64,000 nt of DNA from Candidatus Krumholzibacteriales bacterium (GCA_046483305.1 JAWODM010000014.1:32001-96000); one strand, 5' to 3'. Shown: positions 10,083 through 19,944, numbered from the stretch's first letter. The notes: a model not told the origin generated them from the letters alone. Numbers and translations are program-made.

Positions 10083-11756
10083 ATGAAAAAGAGAATTTTT
10101 TATCTAATCTCAATTCTTTCATTGGTAACCTTATACGCCTGCAGTGATAATGAGTCAGACACTCCTGAAGCGCCTGAAACGGACAGCGATCCTCCCGGCA
10201 TATCAGCCACATTCCCGGCGGACAGCGCGGCAGATGTAACAAGATCCGGGCCCTTCTGGGTGCTGTTCGACGAGGAAATGAATCATAACTCGGCCGAAGA
10301 CAGCTGCACGTTCATTCCCGAAGTGGGAACGGTCAGCTATTCAAATTACTGGAGCGGGGACACAATGTTCTTTGCCCCCGATGAAATTCTGGCCGGCGGA
10401 ACCAGCCACCTTATTACCATAGGGGCAGGAAGCAGGGATATCGCCGGTAACAGGATGGGCACGCCCTATGAACTGTTCTTTACTACTACCAGCGACGAAG
10501 ACACCGATCCTCCCTACGTGGTTTCAACCGATCCCGCGAACGGAGCCACCGGCGTCACCCCTTCAACCGATATAGAGATAATATTCAGCGAGCCGATCAA
10601 GGTTTCTTCATATGACTGGGATACTCAGACTTTCTTCGCTATCATACCGGATTACCCGGCGGAAGGTAATATACGTACGGAAGGGAATAAACTGATTCTG
10701 GATGGAGTTCAGCTGGCTCAGGATACCCAGATCCAAATCAGTATCATGGAAATAACCGATCTGGCTGGGAACCCGATGGTCCCCATGTACACCTTCAGCT
10801 TCGAGACAGCCGCGGACAACACCAGGCCGTACCTGATCGGCTCCGTTCCGGCAAACGGAGCGCAGGGGGTTTCCACGCCGATCAGCGGGATCGAACTGGC
10901 CTTCAGCGAACCGATGAACACTGACCTGGAGCCTGACAGCGTGGACGCCAGGGTAATGAACGCGGTAATGGCCAGCGGCTCGGAACCGGTATGGAATCCA
11001 ACCGACAGCCTCATGCAGGTACCCCTTTACAGCGGGGTCATAGGGTCCGGGGCTACCTACTGGGTTTATTTTGGTAATTCGGCCACCGACAAAGCCGGCA
11101 ATATAATAGATCCCAATCCGACTTATTACAGGTTTACCACTTCCGGTGCGGTTGATTACTACCCCATAGTGGAAAATCTCCCCTGGCACTTCAAGTGCAC
11201 CGACAGTATCCCGGCCTACTGGTACACGAACAGGCATATCGATAACTATGACCCGTCTGACGGCAGTTTTGATCTGATAACCATGGATATAAACATGATC
11301 GCCGACACTTCTGATGTGTGGCATATGAGGAAAACCGGTTCCTCCCTGTGGTTCATCAGCCGGAAAGAGTACGAAGACGGGGTCTACCGGGAGACCTGGA
11401 CATGGGATTCGCCGATAGAGTATATCAGGCTCCCCATGGAGGATCACCTGGGCGAATCATGGAATTTCGCGACTACCTTTAATGCGGGTGGAGAGACTGC
11501 GGATATCTCGGGTACCATTACCATGGGAGATCAACTCATAACCATGCCCGGTGAGGGTTATATATCTCGGGGAATCTTCATGGATTGTATATCGCACCGG
11601 CTCGAGGTTGATATCAGCGCCGGAGAAATGAACATGTCACTGGTGGAGAGGAAATGGTTTGCGCCTGCCTTCGGATGTTTCAAATCGATAAGCGAAGAGG
11701 CGGGCCGGGATACCACAAGCTGCGAGCTGCTCTACTGGGGCCCCGACATGGAATAA
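10083..11756 (+). CDS. Lipoprotein with three Ig-like (Big_5-type) domains
   Basis: Lipobox LYAC; three repeats of P.V.ST.PA.GA..V....I.I.FSEP...D.AGN......F.T. Confidence 0.85.
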   Translation: MKKRIFYLISILSLVTLYACSDNESDTPEAPETDSDPPGISATFPADSAADVTRSGPFWVLFDEEMNHNSAEDSCTFIPEVGTVSYSNYWSGDTMFFAPDEILAGGTSHLITIGAGSRDIAGNRMGTPYELFFTTTSDEDTDPPYVVSTDPANGATGVTPSTDIEIIFSEPIKVSSYDWDTQTFFAIIPDYPAEGNIRTEGNKLILDGVQLAQDTQIQISIMEITDLAGNPMVPMYTFSFETAADNTRPYLIGSVPANGAQGVSTPISGIELAFSEPMNTDLEPDSVDARVMNAVMASGSEPVWNPTDSLMQVPLYSGVIGSGATYWVYFGNSATDKAGNIIDPNPTYYRFTTSGAVDYYPIVENLPWHFKCTDSIPAYWYTNRHIDNYDPSDGSFDLITMDINMIADTSDVWHMRKTGSSLWFISRKEYEDGVYRETWTWDSPIEYIRLPMEDHLGESWNFATTFNAGGETADISGTITMGDQLITMPGEGYISRGIFMDCISHRLEVDISAGEMNMSLVERKWFAPAFGCFKSISEEAGRDTTSCELLYWGPDME

Positions 11757-11767
11757 CCTGAAATCCT

Positions 11768-11800
11768 GGGCCGGCCACTTGTTGGCCGGCCCTTTTTTTT
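11768..11800 (+). terminator. Rho-independent terminator
   Basis: GGGCCGGCCA-cttgt-TGGCCGGCCC followed by T8. Confidence 0.9.
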
Positions 11801-12059
11801 ATGGACTTTCAACCAGCCTGATGATAAACAGAATTATTGTGATTATGACCTAAATTGAGCGGTTTTCATTTATTGAGTACATATTATCAGTGTTGAAGGT
11901 ATTGAACAAGCCGATTCAGTGAAGATCAGGCCGCTTGTGTATCAAATTGCTTTTTGGATGGGATAAATATCAAGGGATGGTGGTGTCTTTTTACTGACCG
12001 GGCGCATTTTGGACAGACGAGTCCAATTTTCATCTCTGTTCTGACCTTTTGAGTGGATC

Positions 12060-13464
12060 TTACGCCCAGGAAAAAACAGGCGGGGCATTGTTGCGTATCC
12101 AGAGATTATGGAAATTGAGATTATCCCAGGTGGACCGGGTAACCTTGAGAATGATCTTCCCGGAATGACTTACTATCTTGGCTGCAAAATCTATAAGCAG
12201 ACGACGAACTGTTGTCGGATATGAGCTCACCGGCACTACCGGCTCAGCCACATCCTCCTTGAAAGATTCGAACAGGAAGAATGCCAGAAGAGAGATGTAA
12301 TACCAGGCGGTATTCTGGTTGAAGCGCTTGAAGGGCAATGTTTCACTGGCGAAGTCCTTAAGGGCTCTGAAGACCAGCTCATCAGCTCCTCTGTCGTGGC
12401 AGGTTTCGATGATACCCTCGGGGGTGAGAAGATGCTCGGCGCCGGCTTTGATTATCTGTTCATCTATGGGCTGTCCCATCCCGAGGGTGGTGTAGATAAC
12501 ATTATCTGGACGGGCAAAGTCGAGAAGCTGCTGCCGGTCCTGATACCAGGGCTGCAGATAGAAAGCCCGGCGAAAACAATTCCAGCTTTTTCTTCTGTCT
12601 CCAAACTCAAGATAATCCCAGATCTGCCGGCTGTTCTGGTAGCTGCCCCAGTACGACGGGTCAGCTGAAGAGACAAAGTGCTTAATATCTTTATAAAGCT
12701 TGCCGGTTCCGATATAGCCTATATGCTGCTCCTCGTAGGAGCCGAAAAGATCCTGGTCAAAAAATCCGCTGTCAGATCGAAGCACTATTGGAACATCACT
12801 GCTGTAGTGCTTTCGTATCTGAGATACCGCATGCCTTACCATCTTCTTTGCCGTATCTTCATGGTTGGAGTGCTTGCTGCCGCCTCTGAACACCGAGTCA
12901 ATCAGGAAACGTCCCCAGCTCAGCTGCAGAGCTCCGAACCCTTTGACCTTCTTGTAGGTGGGTTCTACCCCATGCCGGCACTTCGCATCATCGTTGTCCA
13001 GAATCATAGCGTCAAGACCAAGAATAATAACCGATGGCCTGGTGATCTTCAGCCTCCAGATAAATAGCTTCTGCAGCAGACGCCACAGCAGATATATCCT
13101 CGGAAACCAGAAGGAGCGAAGAAAGCGTTTAACCGCATGCGAGGAGATCATCCCTGCCGGTGATGTCTCAATCGCCGCCGCGTAACCGACATCCTCCTTC
13201 AGCCTGTCGAAATGAACAACATGACGACTGCTGCCGTCCACGAAAAAGCAGATCAGTTGTTTGAAGATTTCACAGACCGGCAATCCCTTCCTGCTCTTTC
13301 TTAATTTTCCAAATAATCTGTTCAGGTGAGGGTATATCTTTATCCCCTCAAGATATTTCACGAATAGCGTCCGGGCCGCCCCGGCCGGTGATCTTTTCAT
13401 CGGTTACGCCTGTTTTATCAATTTTGGGGTTGACCTTTTTGTTTTCTCTGGTATCCTTACTCAT
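12060..13464 (-). pseudogene. IS1380-family DDE transposase with a +1 frameshift near 13372
   Basis: ATG 13464 (SD GGGAGG) reads MSKD..VTDEKITGRGG and then stops; the continuation TLFVKYLEGI..LGLDAM..RSDSGF..RGADELVFRALKD..LPFKRF lies in another frame. Confidence 0.8.
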
Positions 13465-13558
13465 GTTTCCTCCCACCTGATGGGTTGACGGCGCTCACGG
13501 CGCCATTCGAGGAATATTTGTTTTATACCAAGAGTTTAACTCGTCGGGTGGGATTTTT
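13464..13558 (+). ncRNA. Predicted IS-encoded antisense RNA (RNA-OUT-like)
   Basis: TTGACC-16-TATCCT with extended TG (13430-13457); 18-bp stem 13471-13488/13536-13553 with 4 G-U pairs that work only on the + strand; T5 tail. Confidence 0.5.
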
Positions 13559-13594
13559 CATGGATAAAATCGCTCAATTTAGGTATGATTAAGG

Positions 13595-14764
13595 ATGACC
13601 ATGACCCTGACCGGCACAGACAGAATCGCCTCCGGGGAGTTCCCATTGCCTGGAGCGGCCGCTGCGGGCCTGCTGGCCAATCAGGCCTCGGTAAGCTCTA
13701 AACTTGTCCACATCCGAGATATTCTGATCGGCAGGGGAGTCGACCTGAAAGCGATCTTCGGGCCGCAGCATGGATACCGCGGGGAAACTCAGGCCAACAT
13801 GATAGAGTGGGAAAGCTATACGGACCCGGAATCCGGGATACCGGTATACTCTCTCTACGGAGAAACCCGCACACCCAGCGATGAGATGCTCGACGGCATC
13901 GAACTTATGGCAATCGACCTTCAGGATGTGGGAACCCGATGCTATACATATACCTGGACAGCGGTTCTCATGATGAAAGCATGCGCGGCCAATTCCATAA
14001 AAGTCCTGGTCCTGGACAGGCCGAATCCTATCGGGGGCGAATCGGTTGAAGGCCCCGCCGTCAGAGAGGGCTATCAGTCTTTCGTGGGCCTGTTTCCCAT
14101 TCCGGTAAGACACGGCATGACCATCGGGGAAATACTGGCCATGGTGAACAGGGAATGGGGGATCGGAGCCGACGTTGAAATAGTACCGTGCGGCGACTGG
14201 CAAAGGGAGATGTACTACCAGGATACCGGCCTGCCCTGGGTTCTTCCCTCTCCCAATATGCCGGGACCGGAGACAGCCCTGACCTATCCCGGAACCATCA
14301 TGCTGGAAGGCACCAATATTTCGGAGGGAAGAGGAACTACCCTGCCTTTCGAAATAATCGGGGCTCCCTTTATCGAACCCCGCGGGTTCAGCGGGGAACT
14401 GGCCCGAAGATGCCCCGGGGGGGCAATTTTCCGGCCTCTGCATTTTGAACCCACCTGGGATAAATACGCTGGAGAGATCTGCGGAGGGGTCCAGATCCAT
14501 GTCTCTGACCGCGACCATTTCCGTCCGGTAAGAACCGGGGCGGAGATAATCTGCGCGGCGGCATCCCTGTATCCCGGCCATTTCCGGTTCCTGCCCCCTC
14601 CCTACGAATACGAGACAGAGCATCCCCCCATTGATATAATATCCGGAGATCCCCGGCTGAGGGAAATGGTTGAAAGCGGAACCGGGACGGGGCCGCTGTT
14701 CGAGGCCTGGCTGGAAGAAGAAAAAAGATTCAGGGCAGAGAGAGAAAAATACAGGATCTACTGA
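13595..14764 (+). CDS. Exo-beta-N-acetylmuramidase NamZ family (DUF1343)
   Basis: FGPQHG, DLQDVGTRCYTY, LDRPNPIGG, RHGMTIGE, PSPNMP, SEGRGTTLPFE. Confidence 0.92.
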   Translation: MTMTLTGTDRIASGEFPLPGAAAAGLLANQASVSSKLVHIRDILIGRGVDLKAIFGPQHGYRGETQANMIEWESYTDPESGIPVYSLYGETRTPSDEMLDGIELMAIDLQDVGTRCYTYTWTAVLMMKACAANSIKVLVLDRPNPIGGESVEGPAVREGYQSFVGLFPIPVRHGMTIGEILAMVNREWGIGADVEIVPCGDWQREMYYQDTGLPWVLPSPNMPGPETALTYPGTIMLEGTNISEGRGTTLPFEIIGAPFIEPRGFSGELARRCPGGAIFRPLHFEPTWDKYAGEICGGVQIHVSDRDHFRPVRTGAEIICAAASLYPGHFRFLPPPYEYETEHPPIDIISGDPRLREMVESGTGTGPLFEAWLEEEKRFRAEREKYRIY

Positions 14765-14765
14765 T

Positions 14766-15767
14766 ATGAGCGGAGATAAGCATAAGGAGAATGTCTGCGG
14801 GGTTATTCTGGCGGCCGGTCACGGAGAGAGAATGAAACCGATCACCGACGCCATACCCAAACCTCTGATACCGGTTATGGGAAGGCCGCTGTTCGAAATC
14901 CTGATGAATAAACTGCGCAGGAGCGGAGCCCGCTCACTGCACGCCAATATACATCATCTGCCTGAAGCCTTTTTCCAGGCGGATTTAAGCGCCGGAATTC
15001 CTCTTGAATTTCACCGGGAAGATAAGATTCTGGGCACCGGGGGCGGGATAGGAAATATGCGGAAAGACCTGGAGAATTACGATCTTATCCTTCTTCACAA
15101 TGCCGATATAATTTCCGATATCGAATACCAGCCGGCGATAGATTTTCATGCCAGGGAAAAAGCTCTTGTCACCATGATCCTCGCAGCCGGAGAAAACGGC
15201 CGGAATGCTTCCGGGGGAAAGACGCTTCCTCCTCCAGGCGTTTATATTTCCGATTCTGCGAGAGTGATGGAGATAGGCGCAGCCCCGGATGTGAAAAGCA
15301 TGGCGGCCGGTTATACCGGGATGGCGGTTCTGTCCAGCGAAGCTCTGGAGTATTTCCCGCCTGGGAGGAAGGCCGGCCTGGTTGAAATACTAAGGAAAAT
15401 GATAAAAGAAAATAATGGATCGGTGGCCGGTTACCTTGCCGGAACGGAGGGGCGCGCCCCGGAATGGGCAGAAATCGGAACGCCCCCTGCCTACCTGGAC
15501 CTGCACAGGAGGCTGATGATAGACAGAACCCTCTTCGACCCGGAACTGGAACCTCCCCTTCTGCCCCTTCATGTCGGCCCCGGAGCCAGGATAGGGAATG
15601 ATACCAGGTGGAAAGGTTTTCTGGAAGTCGGCAGGGGCGCTGTAGTGGGAGAAGGCTCTGTACTGGAAAACTGCGTGGTCCTGCCGGAAACAATTGTTGA
15701 AAAGGAAACTGAAGCGGAGTATTCTATCTTCTTTCCGGACGGAATCCTGAAGGTGGGTAAAACATGA
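14766..15767 (+). CDS. Sugar-1-phosphate nucleotidyltransferase, MurU-like by context
   Basis: ILAAGHGERMKPITDAIPKPL, LGTGGGI, HNADI, EIGTP; short hexapeptide-like tail. Confidence 0.85.
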   Translation: MSGDKHKENVCGVILAAGHGERMKPITDAIPKPLIPVMGRPLFEILMNKLRRSGARSLHANIHHLPEAFFQADLSAGIPLEFHREDKILGTGGGIGNMRKDLENYDLILLHNADIISDIEYQPAIDFHAREKALVTMILAAGENGRNASGGKTLPPPGVYISDSARVMEIGAAPDVKSMAAGYTGMAVLSSEALEYFPPGRKAGLVEILRKMIKENNGSVAGYLAGTEGRAPEWAEIGTPPAYLDLHRRLMIDRTLFDPELEPPLLPLHVGPGARIGNDTRWKGFLEVGRGAVVGEGSVLENCVVLPETIVEKETEAEYSIFFPDGILKVGKT

Positions 15768-16807
15768 ATGAAAACATCGCTGAACTTGTCGCTTACGCGC
15801 TGGAACGGACCTCCACGGTACCCGGAGGACCTCTGAATCCCAACGCCAGGGCTGTTCCCTTCACCGACGGCGGAAGCAAGAGATATTTCCTGAGGCTCAG
15901 TGACGGAGAAAGGTCCGTGGTGGCCCTGATTGAACCGTCCGACAGAGCGGAGCTGCAGAGATACTGCCAGATCGGAACCTTCCTGAGAGAAAACGGGATC
16001 GGAGTACCGGAAATATACACCTTCGACAGAGAGCGGGGAATTCTGCTGATGGAGGACCTCGGCGACTGCACCCTGGAAAAACTATGGATAAGGGGAAACG
16101 GTATAATAACCATTTATAGATCATGCCTGGATCTTCTCTGCCGCCTTCAGACGGAAGTTACCGAAAAAACAGGCCGGGGCCAATGTCCTTCTCTGAATAT
16201 CTTCGGAAAAGAAGAATTCATGGAAGAGACTGATTATTTTGAAAGAGAATTCATGGGAAGATTCAAACCCGATATCTCAGTACCGGACTGGGAAAGAGAA
16301 AGGGAACAGCTGGCAGAGAAGCTGTCAGCGCTACCCCGGGTATTCATGCATCGCGACTTCCAGAGCAGAAATATAATAATAAGACAGGGTCAGCCCCGCC
16401 TGATAGATTTTCAGGCATCCTTCCTTGGCCCTTCTTTTTACGATGCCGCCTCACTGCTGAAAGATCCGTACGTCTCCCTTCCCCCCGCAACCGGGCAGGA
16501 ACTTCTGGAATATTATTACCGGGCCCTCTCAGAGCGAAACGCGGATAATGGCCTCAATTTCGATGAGTTCACCGAGCTTTTTACCATCGCCGGTATTCAG
16601 AGAAATCTGCAGGCTCTGGCCGCCTACGCAAAACTCGGTTTCGGGGATGGCAGGACGGAATTTCTCAGGTCGATACACCCGGCTCTCGTTCTTCTGGAGA
16701 GAGGAGCCGGAGAGAATGGATCATACCCCGCCATCCAGGGGATGGCGAGCTCTTTTCTAAACCGGATTAGCGAAAGGGATCTGGTATATAATAACCACCG
16801 GATCTGA
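15764..16807 (+). CDS. APH-family sugar kinase, AmgK-like
   Basis: GGSKRYF, LMEDLGD, HRDFQSRNI, IDFQ, YDAASLL, QRNLQAL; start overlaps the upstream stop. Confidence 0.85.
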   Translation: MNENIAELVAYALERTSTVPGGPLNPNARAVPFTDGGSKRYFLRLSDGERSVVALIEPSDRAELQRYCQIGTFLRENGIGVPEIYTFDRERGILLMEDLGDCTLEKLWIRGNGIITIYRSCLDLLCRLQTEVTEKTGRGQCPSLNIFGKEEFMEETDYFEREFMGRFKPDISVPDWEREREQLAEKLSALPRVFMHRDFQSRNIIIRQGQPRLIDFQASFLGPSFYDAASLLKDPYVSLPPATGQELLEYYYRALSERNADNGLNFDEFTELFTIAGIQRNLQALAAYAKLGFGDGRTEFLRSIHPALVLLERGAGENGSYPAIQGMASSFLNRISERDLVYNNHRI

Positions 16808-16810
16808 GAA

Positions 16811-17068
16811 TCAGTCTTCAATCACTTTATAGACGGTATCGTGCTCCCTGACCCGGTCACTGACCTTGATTCCCACACTGTCCCCCCTATCCGCCTTCTC
16901 AACCGACTCATTGTCAATCTGCATCGACTTGATTTCCTGGGTGAAATCGGTAGTATGCCCCTTGAAATGCAGAGTGTCTCCAACCTCCAGGCTGCCGGTC
17001 AGGTTCAACGCCACCACGCTAATGTGGGCGAAATAATCAGCTACGCTGCCGACTTCGATTTCCTTCAT
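16811..17068 (-). CDS. Small translation-factor-like beta-barrel protein (U32 C-terminal-like)
   Basis: VG.V.DYF..ISV...L..SLEVGD.L...GHTTDF.Q...SMQID...V.KA..GD.VGIKV..RVRE.D.VYK. Confidence 0.8.
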   Translation of the reverse strand: MKEIEVGSVADYFAHISVVALNLTGSLEVGDTLHFKGHTTDFTQEIKSMQIDNESVEKADRGDSVGIKVSDRVREHDTVYKVIED

Positions 17069-17218
17069 TGTAATTACCCCCTTTATCGCGATAAACCCTT
17101 GATCGGGAAAATGGTATCCTATCGGAAATAATAGTTCAAGAGTAAATTGATTTGTTGATTTGTTGGAGTTTCCCCAATTTTTATAATCTATCAGGTAGTT
17201 TAATTATTGGTTTGGTTT

Positions 17219-17368
17219 GCGGCTGAGTGATTAATTCAAAATCGTTGTCGGTTTCCCCGGCGAGGAAACCGCAACTCCCGCCTCGCACATCGCTCTTTCT
17301 GCCCCTGACGGGGCAGAAAACCATGCCCGCTCGCCCTCCGGAGGGTTTTGAATTAATCACTCAGCCGC
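17219..17368. mobile_element. MITE-like element (150 bp) with perfect 23-bp terminal inverted repeats
   Basis: GCGGCTGAGTGATTAATTCAAAA ... TTTTGAATTAATCACTCAGCCGC; three internal GC-rich hairpins. Confidence 0.65.
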
Positions 17369-17532
17369 TTCCAGTTGCTATTAAAACTAAGTTGTTGTTA
17401 AAGATTACCTTACCGACATTCTGGCTTATTTTTTGGGGAAACTCCTGTTTCCCTGACCGGAGGAGCGGTTCACTGATTCGTGCCGGTAGTTGTTTATTGA
17501 CATGCCGAACTTAATTATATACCGTATTAGGT

Positions 17533-18207
17533 ATGAATAAACTGAAGGAAAAACTGATATCGGAAGGCATAAGATATATAGCTATAGAGGGTAACATAGG
17601 ATCGGGTAAAACCACCCTCTCCAGGCTGATTGCCGAGGAAACGGGGGCCGATCTTTTCCTGGAGGAGGTTGACGATAATCCCTTTATTGAGGATTTTTAT
17701 GATGATATGGCCACTTATGCTTTTCAGACTCAGATTTTTTTCTTGCTGAACAGATACCGGCAGCAGAAGCAGATAGTGCAGAGAAATCTTTTCGTGGACC
17801 TCCTGGTGGCAGATTATATATTCGACAAGGACAGGATATACGCAAATGTGGTTCTCCCCGATGATGAGCTGGGCCTCTACAACAGGCTGCTTTCCACCCT
17901 GAAGGGAGAGATTGTTTATCCTGACCTGGTGGTGTACCTTCAGGCCGACATAGAGGTCCTGCTGGATAGGATCAGGAAGAGGGGCAGGAGTTACGAAAGA
18001 GGGATTGAAGACAGTTATCTGAGGGACCTGAACGATGCCTTCAATCATTTCTTCTTTCATTACTGCGAGTCGCCGCTTCTGATAGTAAATACGGACCGGC
18101 TTGACTTTACCACCCGCAGAGAGCATGTCGAAGATTTTTTTGGCCAGATAACCACCAAATTCGACGGCACCAGGTATTATGTGCCGTCCTGGGAGAGTGA
18201 TTTGTAA
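17533..18207 (+). CDS. Deoxynucleoside kinase (dCK/dGK family)
   Basis: IAIEGNIGSGKTT, FQTQIFFL, PDLVVYLQA, RIRKRGR. Confidence 0.93.
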   Translation: MNKLKEKLISEGIRYIAIEGNIGSGKTTLSRLIAEETGADLFLEEVDDNPFIEDFYDDMATYAFQTQIFFLLNRYRQQKQIVQRNLFVDLLVADYIFDKDRIYANVVLPDDELGLYNRLLSTLKGEIVYPDLVVYLQADIEVLLDRIRKRGRSYERGIEDSYLRDLNDAFNHFFFHYCESPLLIVNTDRLDFTTRREHVEDFFGQITTKFDGTRYYVPSWESDL

Positions 18208-19037
18208 TGCGGAACAAGGTAACCAGCAGGACTCTGAGGAAGATGAAGAAGAAGGGCGAGAAGATAGCGGCGATTACATCCTATGATTACCTTTCCACCA
18301 GGATGATTGATGACACCGGGATAGATTTTATACTGGTGGGCGATTCTCTCGGAATGGTGGTGATGGGTTACCAGAACACCCTGCCCGTTACCATGGAAGA
18401 TGTATTGCACCATCTCAAGGCGGTTACCAGAGCGAAGCCCAGCGCCTTTGTTGCGGCGGACATGCCTTTCATGTCTTACCAGGCAAGCGTGGAGGAAGCT
18501 GTCCGCAACGCGGGCAGGCTGGTAAAGGAGGGCGGCGCGGAAGGGGTAAAACTGGAGGGCGGCGCGCAAACTGTTAAGGCGATAAGGAAGATCGTTGACG
18601 CATCGATACCGGTAGTGGGCCATATTGGCCTGACCCCTCAATCTCTGCATCAGTTCGGCGGGTACAGGGTTCAGGGCAAGAACAGGGAATCTGCCGGGAG
18701 GCTGCTGGAAGATGCGGTTTCTCTGGAAGAAGCCGGCTGCTGCTGCATAGTAGTGGAAGGGGTGCCCTGGCAGGTGGCGGAGGAGATTACAGGGAGTGTC
18801 GGTATCCCTACCATAGGTATCGGCGCCGGAAAGTACTGTGACGGACAGGTTCTGGTTATTCAGGATATGCTGGGAATAAATGAGATCGAACTGCCAAGAT
18901 TCGTGAAAACCTACGAGAATATGGGTGAGAGGATGAAAACCGCAATCCAGAGCTACGTCAGGGAAGTGAAGGAAGGCAAATTCCCGGGAATGGAACATAG
19001 TTATTCCGCGAATAAGAGTGGCCGGGACGGGAGATAG
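18207..19037 (+). CDS. panB: 3-methyl-2-oxobutanoate hydroxymethyltransferase
   Basis: ILVGDSLGM, ADMPFMSY, VKLEGG, GHIGLTPQS, IGIGAG..CDGQVLV. Confidence 0.97.
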   Translation: MRNKVTSRTLRKMKKKGEKIAAITSYDYLSTRMIDDTGIDFILVGDSLGMVVMGYQNTLPVTMEDVLHHLKAVTRAKPSAFVAADMPFMSYQASVEEAVRNAGRLVKEGGAEGVKLEGGAQTVKAIRKIVDASIPVVGHIGLTPQSLHQFGGYRVQGKNRESAGRLLEDAVSLEEAGCCCIVVEGVPWQVAEEITGSVGIPTIGIGAGKYCDGQVLVIQDMLGINEIELPRFVKTYENMGERMKTAIQSYVREVKEGKFPGMEHSYSANKSGRDGR

Positions 19038-19041
19038 AGGG

Positions 19042-19944
19042 ATGGAAGTAGTCAAATCTCCCCGCGAGGCGAGGGAGCTTATCGGAAGTTTCAAGAAAGA
19101 GGAGGGGTTGCTGGGAATTGTGCCCACCATGGGCGATCTGCACGAAGGCCATCTCAGCCTGATAAGTCTTTCGTTGCAGCGCTGCTCCAGAACAGCGGTA
19201 TCCATATTTGTCAACCCCGCTCAGTTCGGCCCCGGAGAAGACCTGGAGCGTTACCCCAGGAACAGAGAGCGGGACCTTCAGTTACTCCTTGACCTGGGTG
19301 TGGACCTGGTTTTCATGCCGGATGACCGGGATATATATTCCCCCGGAGACAGGACCGGGGTTTCGGTAAAGTCATTGACGGAGCACTTATGCGGCAAATA
19401 CAGGCCGGGGCACTTTGATGGCGTGGCCATGATAGTGGCGAAGCTCTTTAATATTATCTCTCCGGATATCGCTTTCTTCGGGCAGAAAGATGCGCAGCAG
19501 GCGGTGGTTCTGCAGAGAATGGCGGCCGATCTCGATTTCCCGGTGAGGATAGCTCTGGGCCCCATAATAAGAGAGGATAACGGACTTGCGATGAGCTCAA
19601 GGAACCGGTATCTCAGCGATGAGCAGAAGGAAAGCGCGGCGTCGATATACCGGGGGCTGAGAAAAGGTTTTGAGTCTGTTCTCAGCGGCGAAAGAGATAG
19701 CAGGGTGGTTACCTCTATTATCAGGGATACCGTGGACAGAAGCGGACTGCGGGTCCAGTACGCGGAAGCGGCGGATGGAGCTACCATGGTTCCGGTGGAT
19801 AAGATAGAGGGCAGAGTTCTTCTGGCGGCAGCCGCCCTCCTGGACGGAGTCCGGCTGATTGATAATATTGCTTTGAACGTAGAAGGAGAAAAAGTGGAAG
19901 AAATTCTGCTGGAGTTTCCGGAATGGAGCCGATATGGATCGTAA
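19042..19944 (+). CDS. panC: Pantoate--beta-alanine ligase
   Basis: VPTMGDLHEGH, SIFVNPAQF, RPGHFDGV, FGQKDAQQ, GLAMSSRN, RLIDN. Confidence 0.97.
   Translation: MEVVKSPREARELIGSFKKEEGLLGIVPTMGDLHEGHLSLISLSLQRCSRTAVSIFVNPAQFGPGEDLERYPRNRERDLQLLLDLGVDLVFMPDDRDIYSPGDRTGVSVKSLTEHLCGKYRPGHFDGVAMIVAKLFNIISPDIAFFGQKDAQQAVVLQRMAADLDFPVRIALGPIIREDNGLAMSSRNRYLSDEQKESAASIYRGLRKGFESVLSGERDSRVVTSIIRDTVDRSGLRVQYAEAADGATMVPVDKIEGRVLLAAAALLDGVRLIDNIALNVEGEKVEEILLEFPEWSRYGS

Larger units (their letters stand above)
11849..13583 (-). mobile_element. IS1380-family insertion sequence (1735 bp)
   Basis: Terminal IRs CCTAAATTGAGCG (13/13, 17/18 when extended); flanking direct repeat TATGA at 11844-11848 and 13584-13588. 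Confidence 0.93.

Noticed and set aside
17227..17514. 95-aa ORF in the intergenic region
   Set aside because: Runs through the MITE-like palindrome; no RBS or protein-like features
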